Assembly (NCBI GenBank): GCA_963662275.1 | Contig: OY759316.1 | Span: forward strand, 3,584,001 to 3,648,000 | Length of the DNA stretch: 64,000 nt | Source of the DNA: Candidatus Cloacimonadales bacterium | GTDB lineage: Bacteria > Cloacimonadota > Cloacimonadia > Cloacimonadales > DAONDQ01 | Reading direction: 5' to 3' | Shown here: positions 9,952 through 19,662 of the stretch, in pieces | Position numbering within the stretch: position 1 is the first letter of the stretch | Layout: each line of letters begins with the position of its first letter | The notes under the pieces: model-generated | Databases searched by the model: none | What the model saw: only the letters and a program-made list of their open reading frames with translations | What the model was told of the DNA's origin: nothing | Made by a program: the position numbers and the translations under genes

Positions 9952-10148
9952 GTAGAGCATGTTGCTGACCATGCTAGCTTCGTGGAGTAGGATTCCGATC
10001 CTACTGAATTTCAGTGTATAGCATGATGCCGACCATGCTAGCTTCGTGGAGTAGGATTCCGATCCTACTGAATTTCAGTGTAGAGCATGATGCCGACCAT
10101 GCTAGCTTCGTGGAGTAGGATTCCGATCCTACTGAATTTCAGTGTAGC
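9952..10148. repeat. 3 x 64-bp tandem repeat containing GTAGGATTCCGATCCTAC palindrome (GTAG-type REP)
   Basis: Units start 9952, 10016, 10080. Confidence 0.9.
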
Positions 10149-10203
10149 ATTTGATTCTCTGCTCTTCTCCTACAAGCTCACCGACTACTCAGAGTATACC
10201 AGT

Positions 10204-10250
10204 TTCAATCCTGTTTCATTCCTGTTTCATTCCTGTTTCATTCCTGTTTC
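10204..10250. repeat. 11-bp tandem repeat (ATTCCTGTTTC x ~4)
   Basis: Direct reading. Confidence 0.8.
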
Positions 10251-10415
10251 GAGAAATAGGAATGAGCTTAGTGTGAAACTGGGATAAACTTGGATAGAAC
10301 TTGGTATAATATACGTGGAATTGAAATGACCTATCTGCCGATGAGGAATCAGCGCTCCAAGATACGTCTGCTTTTCGCACTGTAAGCTGTACCCTGTCAA
10401 ATGTTAGCTTCTGCC

Positions 10416-10545
10416 TATTTCACTTCCAGCGTCAGTATTCCATCCCATGTGGCAGGTGGATTCTTAATCAGGTATTCGCAGCGTTCACGCATCGTGAGAG
10501 AGGGCTGGTCTTTCAGTCGGTTACATATTCCGACACTTTTAATAA
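10416..10545 (-). pseudogene. C-terminal remnant of adenylate/guanylate cyclase-type protein
   Basis: Manual translation DQPSLTMRERCEYLIKNPPATWDGILTLEVK*, resembling class III cyclase C-tails; no upstream gene body. Confidence 0.55.
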
Positions 10546-10715
10546 AATGGGAAATTGAATATTTCTCAGTAGAGTGAGCAAAGTTTTAGGTTACTGGAGA
10601 GGATAAGAATTTAACTTTTCCTAATCCATCTCTTGCTTTCCTAATTATTCAGTTTAAATTCTAATACAATATAAACAGAAATAAGAGTGAGTTTTTGAAA
10701 AAAAAGGGAGGGGAT

Positions 10716-11096
10716 ATGCTAGTTACACTGCATACTGATAAATCTGTGAGAGAAACTGCAGTAGCTTTACAGGCTGCTGTTGTGGCAAATAATTTTGGCG
10801 TATTGCAAATTCATAATCTCAAGGAAGCAATTGTAAAAAAAGGACTGGAATTTACTAACGAATGCTTAATTTACGAAATATGCCAGCCACTCCAGGCGAA
10901 AATGATTCTTGAAAAAAACATGAGCCTTTCCACCTTATTACCTTGTCGCATATCCATCTATGAAGATGGAGGGAAAACTGTCTTGGCTACATTAAAGCCA
11001 ACCTCTCTCCTGGCAATGTTCAATCTGCCTCAACTGGCAGCTATAGCCCTGGAAGTAGAGGAAACAATCGTTAAAATCATGCAGGAATCGGTATAA
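10716..11096 (+). CDS. DUF302 domain protein
   Basis: FGVL..HNLK, EICQP, LLPCRISIYE; GGGAGG RBS. Confidence 0.88.
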   Translation: MLVTLHTDKSVRETAVALQAAVVANNFGVLQIHNLKEAIVKKGLEFTNECLIYEICQPLQAKMILEKNMSLSTLLPCRISIYEDGGKTVLATLKPTSLLAMFNLPQLAAIALEVEETIVKIMQESV

Positions 11097-11139
11097 CTAC
11101 ACGCGGTTATGTTATCTCCCTTAATCTTATAATACAAAT

Positions 11140-11165
11140 GAGACGCCCGGTTCGGGCGTCTCTAC
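11140..11165. repeat. REP (GTAGAGACGCCC-family) between convergent genes
   Basis: GAGACGCCCGGTTCGGGCGTCTCTAC; relatives at 21434, 36156, 37582-37741, 61500. Confidence 0.8.
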
Positions 11166-11167
11166 TA

Positions 11168-11608
11168 TTATTTTGCGTCATGTTTATGACACTTGTGATG
11201 ACACATCTTATGCATCATAAGCATCATTATGCCTACTCCGATGAGGATATGCTTTGCACAAATAACCGGAATGAAACGTGTGTGATCTTCAGTGATCTCA
11301 AACATACCCAAGGGCATGGCTTTCCCTCCACCACCGCCACCGTTACCACTATTTGCAGAGATCTTTTTAACAGGCTCTTCATTTTCTTCTTCTGGTGTTT
11401 TCGGAATATCTTGTGCTTTCGAAACGGGTTGACCTTTCTTTCTCCCCCCCTGGTTTGAACCTGAGCCAAAGCCAAAGCCAAAAGAGACCGCCGTGACGGA
11501 AATGAATGTCCTATTCATGATTTCACGGGGCTCACCAAAAACGATTGTTGAACTCATATGCTCACTAAGTTTTTCTAAGATCGATTGCAGAATTTCCTTG
11601 ATTTCCAT
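11168..11608 (-). CDS. GerW/YtfJ-family protein
   Basis: IVFGEP, VSFGFGFGSG, GGGGGG..PLG. Confidence 0.8.
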   Translation of the reverse strand: MEIKEILQSILEKLSEHMSSTIVFGEPREIMNRTFISVTAVSFGFGFGSGSNQGGRKKGQPVSKAQDIPKTPEEENEEPVKKISANSGNGGGGGGKAMPLGMFEITEDHTRFIPVICAKHILIGVGIMMLMMHKMCHHKCHKHDAK

Positions 11609-11934
11609 GAGAAACCTCCTTTAATAATTAATTCTATAATGCAGATATCTTTGAACAAGTAATTTTTAAAAAATACATCGACAGAGATATATTATTACTG
11701 TAATGGATTTTCGCCAATCAAATTTGAACCAAGAGCAGAATAACTTAAAAACTATATTACTTGACGCTATCTTGTAATATTCTCATCTCACCTGTAGAGA
11801 GCAATATAATTTATGATTTTGACTGATAAGTCAAAAGGAGAACTGCTATGAGTAGCCGATATGTATTGCTGTGTATACCATTTTTCAGACCAAATATCTA
11901 CGCCAATTCTATCCTTAGTTATCATAAATGAATA

Positions 11935-12025
11935 GCAGAAGCGTACAGCGGACAGCGGACAGCGGACAGCGTACAGCGTACAGGTTCGAGGCAGAAGGTG
12001 CCAGATGCCAGGTGCCAGGTGTCAG
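11935..12025. repeat. Heptamer arrays (CAGCGGA/CAGCGTA; CCAGGTG), each starting at GCAGAAG
   Basis: Direct reading; similar array at 13148-13182. Confidence 0.8.
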
Positions 12026-12148
12026 TTTCATACATTCCTCCCTTTGGACAAAGGGGTGGTTGTAGGGGCGCTCGGAAGTACGCCCGTCTTCGGAGAGTTT
12101 GAGAGCTACATTACAACGAATTATCTGAATAAATAAAAGGAGTTCAAA

Positions 12149-13141
12149 ATGAAATTATATAACATTCTCCTGCTTTTCTGCTTTGCATTGTTACTTACTT
12201 CCTGCATTACTTCTCCAGACGGTCCACCGCAATATGATAGCTTTGTTTGTTGTATCAATGCAGATGGTACAGGTTTCCAAAAATTAATCAGTATCTCGCA
12301 ACTGCCATTTGAAATATCAAAATTATGGGATTTATATACAACGAAAAATGGAAAACTGATCTTTGCCGCTGATAAGTATTATATCAGCGAACCAGATACG
12401 ATTGCACCCGTACCTTTTATTGATATCAGAACAAATTTTGGGATAGGAATGACTTTATCAAATGATGATAAAGCCTATATATGTAGTAATGGTGATCTGT
12501 TCAAATACGATTTTCAAACACATAACCTAACTAATTTAACAGACGACTATCATGGATATCTTATGAACCCAAGAATATCAAATGATGATTCAATAATAAC
12601 AATGATTCAAAAAGATTCAATTTCATATAATCCAACGACTCTTTGTTATTACAAATTATTAGATTCAACTATTCATCTTTTACCAGAAGGGGGTTTATAT
12701 ACTCAGAATGGCATTTATTCTCCATCAGATAATAGGCTATATCATGAACAAAACAATGGGCTATACCGAATAAACTTGAATGGAGAAAATAACGAACATT
12801 TACTTTCCTATTCACCACTTTCATCAAAATCATTCAATCTGACATTTTATAACGATAATCTTATACTGATTAATTTATCCAACTTACTAAGTTTGTATGA
12901 TATTAACTCAGGTCTTGCTACTTTTACCCATCAATTGGATGCTCAAAATGAAATCAATGTAAAATGTACTAAAAATGCAAACAGGATATATTACACTGTT
13001 GGCAACAATATCTTTTATCATAATTTAGACGATCAAACTTCATTCAAGGTTCCAAATACTTCAGGTAGAGAATTTGCCATGTGCCCAACCTGGGATGGCA
13101 ATAAAATATATTATATTGCAAACTTAAGGATAAACAAATGA
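12149..13141 (+). CDS. Lipoprotein, TolB-like beta-propeller
   Basis: Lipobox LTSC; INADGTG, NLT..P.IS.D, INLNG, PTWDG repeats. Confidence 0.75.
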   Translation: MKLYNILLLFCFALLLTSCITSPDGPPQYDSFVCCINADGTGFQKLISISQLPFEISKLWDLYTTKNGKLIFAADKYYISEPDTIAPVPFIDIRTNFGIGMTLSNDDKAYICSNGDLFKYDFQTHNLTNLTDDYHGYLMNPRISNDDSIITMIQKDSISYNPTTLCYYKLLDSTIHLLPEGGLYTQNGIYSPSDNRLYHEQNNGLYRINLNGENNEHLLSYSPLSSKSFNLTFYNDNLILINLSNLLSLYDINSGLATFTHQLDAQNEINVKCTKNANRIYYTVGNNIFYHNLDDQTSFKVPNTSGREFAMCPTWDGNKIYYIANLRINK

Positions 13142-13306
13142 GAAACGGCAGAAGCGTACAGCATACAGCGGACAGCGTACAGGTGCAAACATTCCTCCCT
13201 TTGGTTAAAGGGATGGTTGTAGGGGCGTGCGGCAGTACGCCCGTCTTCCTGAGAGTTTGAGAGCTACATTACAACGAATTATCTGAATAAATAAATGGAG
13301 TTCAAA

Positions 13307-14296
13307 ATGAAACTATATAACATTCTCCTGCTTTTCTGTTTTACCTTATTACTTTCATCCTGTTTTGAATCTCAGCCGGAAGGTACGCCTTATGATGATT
13401 ATTTATGTGTTATCAATGCAGATGGAACAGGATTAATTCGACTACATAATGCAAGTGTTCTTCCTTTTGCAATGTCTCAACTCTGGGATTTATCTGTTAC
13501 TCAGGATGGGAGATTGATATTTGGAGCAGATAGATACTATATTACTGACCCGGATACGCTTAATCCAGTACCTTTCTCAGATTTGTTAACTGATACAGTT
13601 AGAAAAATATCTTTTTCAGAAGATAATAAAGCCTACTATTGTAATAATGGTGATTTACTTCAGTATGATTTATCAACTCAGATTACATCAAATCTGACCC
13701 AAAATATAAATGGTAATTTTAAGTGTCCCACAATTTCATCAGATGATAGCATAATTACTCTGTTCAGTATAGAACCTGACAGTAATGCCACAAGGAGACT
13801 TTGTTACTATAACTTATCAAATGATAGTCTGTATATGATCCCACAAGCCGGAACCAGAACAAATAATGGTGTATATAATTCTCGAGATCATAAAATATAT
13901 CATGAACAAAATGAAGGCTTATATCAGGTTAATCTGGATGGGACGGCGAATACTCAATTATTATCCTATTCTTGTTTTTCCAAGCAAGCTTTTGGAATTA
14001 ACTTAATGAATGATTTAATTACCACTATTGATTTTGAACTTGTTCTAAGGGTATTTGATATCAATGCTAACAATACGAGCTTTATGCAGCAATTGGATGG
14101 TCGTAAAATCTTAGCAAAGAACTCAAAAATGGCGAATCGAATCTTCTATATATATAATGGTGATAGCTATTATAAAGACTTTGAACTTCAAAATGTTGTT
14201 AAAGTAACGAATATTACAGGTGACTTTACAGTCATGTGTCCTAGTTGGGATGGTAGTAAAATCTTCTTTATCGCATATATGAGAGCATCAAAATGA
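13307..14296 (+). CDS. Lipoprotein, TolB-like beta-propeller (paralog of 12149..13141)
   Basis: Lipobox LSSC; same motifs; same signal peptide start. Confidence 0.75.
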   Translation: MKLYNILLLFCFTLLLSSCFESQPEGTPYDDYLCVINADGTGLIRLHNASVLPFAMSQLWDLSVTQDGRLIFGADRYYITDPDTLNPVPFSDLLTDTVRKISFSEDNKAYYCNNGDLLQYDLSTQITSNLTQNINGNFKCPTISSDDSIITLFSIEPDSNATRRLCYYNLSNDSLYMIPQAGTRTNNGVYNSRDHKIYHEQNEGLYQVNLDGTANTQLLSYSCFSKQAFGINLMNDLITTIDFELVLRVFDINANNTSFMQQLDGRKILAKNSKMANRIFYIYNGDSYYKDFELQNVVKVTNITGDFTVMCPSWDGSKIFFIAYMRASK

Positions 14297-17200
14297 ATAA
14301 GATTACTTTTTCAGTACTAAATATAATAATGTTTGTTATCATTGTTTTCCCTTTACATGCTTTTTATATTGATAATGCATTTGGAAATGCAATTCATGCA
14401 GATTCAGTTAAAACCGCCTGGTCAAAGTCTGGAGTCACTGACGGTGTTGAAAACATATCATACACAGGAATTGAATATGATATTACTACGTTACCAACAG
14501 AATGGGTAGGACATGCTCCATATAATGCAGTGAATGCTAATGCAAATGCAACCGACAATGCCTATGCTTTTACAAGAGCTATAAGAATAATGGATTCTTT
14601 ATCTACCAATATGAAAACACTTAAAATTCCACAAGGTACCTATAATATTACTGGTTCATTACAATTACCCCCTAATATAATCATAAAAGGTGATGGTTCC
14701 GGACAAACCATTCTTAATTTTATTGTACCTGAAAATCCAACATGGACTGCACATTGCCTGAATGCTTTTGAAATGATAGACATAGATCATACAGGAATAG
14801 AGGACTTGACTATTCAAAGGTTCTGTTTACCCAATGGAGGTAATGATTTGCATCAATATTTGATTGCTCCAAGTCATGGTGGCATGGATAATTCCAACAA
14901 TATTTTCATAAGGAAATCTGATCAATGTTGGGTCACAGGTGTTGAATCCATCGAACCTCTTAGGCATCATATGGAAATCGATAGCTGTAACAATATCACA
15001 GTTTCAGGATGCTACTTTGATAGCGCAAGGATACGTAGCGGTGGCGGTTTCGGATATGGTGTGCAATTATTAAATGGAGCCAATCAGTGTCTAATCGAAA
15101 ATAACATCTTCCATCACAATAGGCATGGTGTAGTATTCAATGATGGTTCACATTACAATGTTGTTGCTTATAATTACATAGGTGATAGTGAATGCGTTTC
15201 TGAATGGAATCCTCTTGGTCTGCCAACAATAATTATCCGTTCAAGTTATGGAGATATTAGTTTGCATGGGCAAAACGATGAAGAAGGATTTCCACTTACT
15301 TTCCAGGGTCCATACAATAACTTGATTGAGGGTAACAACTGTGATATTTTGGCAGTTGATACATCACATAAGGAAAATGGTGTGAATAATGTTTTTTTAA
15401 GGAATCGGTTAAAGAATGATGGTCTGCATATTTGCGGAGAGAAAGATTTAGATAGTCATATTGTTAGTGCTTTACACGATATGTTCTTAATACCATCTTG
15501 TTGGCCTGTGGCATTAGCTATGATATTTTCAGACTTAGCAACAACATGTTCCACATGTCTAATTGCTAAAGTAAATGATCCCGATTTATTTGCTGATCAG
15601 CCGAAGCAAATTTCAATAAATAACTGGTTACAAAACAACTCCTGGTGGAAATCTCAAATAATGGGATATCCATACAGACAGCATAGTAATCATGGTCAAT
15701 ATGAGAAAGTAGTACGAATGAAATACATTGGTTTCTGGGGGCAATGGAAAGAAAAAACAATTAATGATAGCCACGATGGAAGACAAGATTTCACTTATTT
15801 TCGGTACGCAATTGATCCCGATTCGAATAACCCGAGTTACTTTAAAGATGAAGATTGGCCTTATGGTCCGCAATCTAATATCAACCCAGCTAAAAGACGC
15901 TGGGACAGCGGGGGTGCAATCAAAACATTCTCACGAACGGATCCACCTGGTGGGAAATTTGTAATAACTACTGATTCAACATTTACTGGCAATCTTGTAG
16001 TTGATGCAGGAACATCTCTAAGCCTTCGGCCGGGAGTCATACTGAAATTCACATCGGGACATGGTATTATAGTTAACGGTGGTCTGGAAGCGATTGGCAC
16101 TCCAGCTCAACCTATAACATTTACGAATTCTGACTCAGTTAATATCCGATTACAAGGTTTTATTCCGAATACCGTCTGGGATGGGATGCATGTGTCTGGC
16201 AATGCTGGATCTAAACCTATAATCACCTTATCAAATTGCAAATTTTCTCATGCTACAGATTGTGCTTTGAAACTTGAGCATTATGAGGAAGCCACGCTGG
16301 ATAGCTGCTTATTCGAGAATAATACCGGAATGGGTGCCATCTCTGCTGATGACGGCAACCTGGTTCTGACAAACACAACATTTACAGATAATACCAGGTC
16401 AGGCGAAGATTATGGCGGTGCTGCGTTAACCCTTAAAAGCACAATAGCGGACATAGAGAATTGCAGTTTTTCAGAAAACGAATCTCATGTAAAAGCCGGT
16501 GCCATCCAAATTACAGGTACTGAAGGAGATTCCAGTACAGTCAATCTCACCAACTGCTATTTCAGCAACAACTTCAGTGAAGCAAGTTCTTATGCCGGAT
16601 GTGCAATCAATGCAGAGGATTACAATGGACCTATCAACGTAGTAAACTGCTCCTTTATCAACCAGAGAAAAGCAATTCACAGCACACTTACACAAAATAT
16701 GTTCATTTCTAATTCCCTTTTTAACAATACAAAAGATCCAAATGATAACCTGGTAATCCCAAATAATACCAGTACCGGGTATAAATACATTTTAGAGAGT
16801 AATTATTTTGCATTATTGAATTTAGGCACGATTTCTCCAGTTGTTACTATACTTGATACTATCTATACAGGAAATGCCGGTATTATCCTTAATGAGGATG
16901 AAGAACAAACAGGATTGTTTCAGACATCAAAATTAGTAAATACCGGTAATAAAGATGCTAATCTTGCTGCTCTTGATATATTGGGTCATCCGCGTACAAT
17001 AGGTAGAAATATCGATATCGGCGCATTTGAAACCTTAAAAGCCGAGATTCGTATTGATACGCTTGCTGTGGATTTCGGAGATACTCCGGTAGTATCTGAT
17101 CCTTCATTTGCTGTGAAGGAATATTCCCTGCGAATATACAACTTAGGCACATATGATTTAAACTTAGACAGCTTATCTGTACCAGCAGGATATACAGTGG

Positions 17201-19662
17201 AAACGACATCCCTGGTAATTCCTTCCGCTTATATTTATCATGAAAATGTAGATACAACATCATATGAACATGATCCGGATTCGAACAGCTCTTCATATAT
17301 AACCCTGAAGATCAAATTTTATCCTGTTAATCATAAGATTGATTATCAGAATAAGATGATCACATTTACCACAAATGACAGCCTGAACCAGCATATAGCA
17401 ATTTCAGTTAATGGCATAGGCAGGGCAGCACAATTATCTGCATCCTGTGATACTTTGCAGCTTGCTGACTTTCCGGCAAACAACACACCGTCTTTTGGAG
17501 ATGAATATATCAAAGTATGGAATTCAGGTAATATACCTCTTGTTATTGATTCTTTGACAGCTCCTAAGCAATTCCAATATGCAATAACGACAGTTTCGCC
17601 ACCTGGCAAATCAGTTATTTCCAATAAAGATATCAATTACCATAGAGGGAGAGCACAGCAGGATTTTTCATCAAAGAGGATATCTGAAGATTCCAGTGTA
17701 AGGTTACCGGCTTTGAAACCAGTGTCCAAAATTCAAAAAACGAAATCTAATCCCTCAAAATCAGGTTCAGATCTAACCTGGCTGAATTCAGGCTCACTTG
17801 TATTGAACCCCAATGATACTGTTTGCGTGAAAGTAAGATATAAGCCATATGAGATAAAGAAATACGCGGGAAATCTGCGATTCATAACAAACGATTCTTA
17901 CCAGGCAATTCATGAGATCTATATAGAAGGGCACGGAGATACACTAGTTGTGAGCAAAAATCCAATTCCTCCCGAAGTATCAGGCAACATCACCAGCGAT
18001 ACTTTATGGGTGTGTCCTGAAATCCAGGTTATGGATTCCGTTAAGGTTGCGAATGGAAAGACTCTGACAATATCACCATTCCACCGCAGTATAAAAATTA
18101 AAACTGAACCCCATATTGGTTTCATAGTTGAAGGCAATCTCCATGTCACAAATCTTGCGGATTCAATAGTGACTTTTACGGCAGTTGACCCCAATGCCGG
18201 CTGGTGGGGTATACAATTCAGGAATAACCTGTATGGCAGTTCAAATTTCAACCATACAATCCTTGAATATGGGACAAGCAATTTACGACCGATAACATCC
18301 GGCGGTATTATTTCTGCACATGATTATGGCATATTGAGTCTGAATTATTGTAGTTTAAGACATAATCATGCAACGGGAAATGGAGGGGCAATCAGTACGC
18401 AAAACAGTGTTATATCAGTCAATCACTGCGCTTTCACAAACAATTCTGCGATGAATGGGGGAGCTCTCTCATACACCGCGATTGCCAACAGTCAGAGTCA
18501 AATAAGTTACAGCAGCTTTTCCGACAACACTTCAACTAAAAGTGGAGGAGCTTTATTCTTAACGGGTATAGGTGAGATATCTCTTTATACCGACACTTTC
18601 AATCAGAATCTTTCTGCCAAAGGGGGAGCAATTGAATTCTATGAGAAAGCAAACAGATCTTTGATTACTAACTGCACTTTTACTGAAAATAATGCTTCTT
18701 TAAAAGGCGGAGCAATCAATGCAGAGAAATCCAGTTTTACTCTAAACAGCAATAATCATTTTAATGCAAACCATTCCTATATATCAGGGGGAGCTGTTAA
18801 TGCTGAGAAATGCCAGGTTAGTTCCGAAAATGATATCTATTCCGATAACTACTCAGCAATTGGTGGAGCTTTCGCATTGAATTCCTGTGAATACCTGGTC
18901 AGGAATAGTACATTGTCAGAGAATTCAGCCTCGAGCAATGGTGGAGGTATCTGTGTCAGTGATTCATCCACTATGATATATACTTCTCCAGACACTCTTG
19001 TCTGTGAGAAGAATATACATAGCAATGTAATAAAAACGAATTTTGCTATTGGAAATGGCGGAGGAATCTATATTTCTGAAACCTGTGACTTTCATGGCAA
19101 TGCCCTGGAAGATAACGAAGCAGCTAATGGCGGTGGAGCATATATTATAGCAGGAAATATTGCGTTTGATTCCAATACTGTCGCAGGAAATATTGCCGAA
19201 CACGGATGTGGTCTCTTTATCGAAGATAATGCCATCAATATGACAAATACACTCATTTGGGAAAACGGATCAGAAACTGATAAACCGATCTTCCTTGAGC
19301 ATGCCAGCCAAGTGAACTTAACAAATTGTAATATTCCACCGCTAGGATTTGAGGGTACTCCAGCCAGCATAACAAAGATAAATTGCCTATCTATAGATCC
19401 TCAATTCGAAAAGCATTTTTCAACGAATTGCTTTCCCGCCTATGCTTTAAGTAAAGTATCAAAATGTGTGAACGCTGGTTTACCTGGTACATTTGTACCC
19501 AGTGGTGAAACTGATGCAAATAATTCATTGCGAATCACTGATCAACATGGTACAGAGATAATCGATATTGGAGCTTACGAATTTCAGTTTATCAGGCTAC
19601 ATTGCTGCTTAATGACAATATATCAATTCTTGCTGATTCATCAACAACAGAGAGTCAATTGA
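14293..19662 (+). CDS. Very large secreted beta-helix protein (pectate-lyase-like N-terminus, choice-of-anchor D/Q-like modules, Pmp-like GGA(I/L)/FxxN repeats); probably frameshifted from its C-terminal part
   Basis: Signal peptide; IPQGTY..IIIKGDG; DILGHPR..IDIGAFE; repeated F..N.A..GGAI. Confidence 0.8.
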   Translation: MNKITFSVLNIIMFVIIVFPLHAFYIDNAFGNAIHADSVKTAWSKSGVTDGVENISYTGIEYDITTLPTEWVGHAPYNAVNANANATDNAYAFTRAIRIMDSLSTNMKTLKIPQGTYNITGSLQLPPNIIIKGDGSGQTILNFIVPENPTWTAHCLNAFEMIDIDHTGIEDLTIQRFCLPNGGNDLHQYLIAPSHGGMDNSNNIFIRKSDQCWVTGVESIEPLRHHMEIDSCNNITVSGCYFDSARIRSGGGFGYGVQLLNGANQCLIENNIFHHNRHGVVFNDGSHYNVVAYNYIGDSECVSEWNPLGLPTIIIRSSYGDISLHGQNDEEGFPLTFQGPYNNLIEGNNCDILAVDTSHKENGVNNVFLRNRLKNDGLHICGEKDLDSHIVSALHDMFLIPSCWPVALAMIFSDLATTCSTCLIAKVNDPDLFADQPKQISINNWLQNNSWWKSQIMGYPYRQHSNHGQYEKVVRMKYIGFWGQWKEKTINDSHDGRQDFTYFRYAIDPDSNNPSYFKDEDWPYGPQSNINPAKRRWDSGGAIKTFSRTDPPGGKFVITTDSTFTGNLVVDAGTSLSLRPGVILKFTSGHGIIVNGGLEAIGTPAQPITFTNSDSVNIRLQGFIPNTVWDGMHVSGNAGSKPIITLSNCKFSHATDCALKLEHYEEATLDSCLFENNTGMGAISADDGNLVLTNTTFTDNTRSGEDYGGAALTLKSTIADIENCSFSENESHVKAGAIQITGTEGDSSTVNLTNCYFSNNFSEASSYAGCAINAEDYNGPINVVNCSFINQRKAIHSTLTQNMFISNSLFNNTKDPNDNLVIPNNTSTGYKYILESNYFALLNLGTISPVVTILDTIYTGNAGIILNEDEEQTGLFQTSKLVNTGNKDANLAALDILGHPRTIGRNIDIGAFETLKAEIRIDTLAVDFGDTPVVSDPSFAVKEYSLRIYNLGTYDLNLDSLSVPAGYTVETTSLVIPSAYIYHENVDTTSYEHDPDSNSSSYITLKIKFYPVNHKIDYQNKMITFTTNDSLNQHIAISVNGIGRAAQLSASCDTLQLADFPANNTPSFGDEYIKVWNSGNIPLVIDSLTAPKQFQYAITTVSPPGKSVISNKDINYHRGRAQQDFSSKRISEDSSVRLPALKPVSKIQKTKSNPSKSGSDLTWLNSGSLVLNPNDTVCVKVRYKPYEIKKYAGNLRFITNDSYQAIHEIYIEGHGDTLVVSKNPIPPEVSGNITSDTLWVCPEIQVMDSVKVANGKTLTISPFHRSIKIKTEPHIGFIVEGNLHVTNLADSIVTFTAVDPNAGWWGIQFRNNLYGSSNFNHTILEYGTSNLRPITSGGIISAHDYGILSLNYCSLRHNHATGNGGAISTQNSVISVNHCAFTNNSAMNGGALSYTAIANSQSQISYSSFSDNTSTKSGGALFLTGIGEISLYTDTFNQNLSAKGGAIEFYEKANRSLITNCTFTENNASLKGGAINAEKSSFTLNSNNHFNANHSYISGGAVNAEKCQVSSENDIYSDNYSAIGGAFALNSCEYLVRNSTLSENSASSNGGGICVSDSSTMIYTSPDTLVCEKNIHSNVIKTNFAIGNGGGIYISETCDFHGNALEDNEAANGGGAYIIAGNIAFDSNTVAGNIAEHGCGLFIEDNAINMTNTLIWENGSETDKPIFLEHASQVNLTNCNIPPLGFEGTPASITKINCLSIDPQFEKHFSTNCFPAYALSKVSKCVNAGLPGTFVPSGETDANNSLRITDQHGTEIIDIGAYEFQFIRLHCCLMTIYQFLLIHQQQRVN

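Noticed and set aside
9952..10148. CRISPR-like 64-bp periodicity (also 51-bp at 59467 and 57-bp at 3870)
   Set aside because: The would-be spacers are near-identical between units; these are REP tandem duplications
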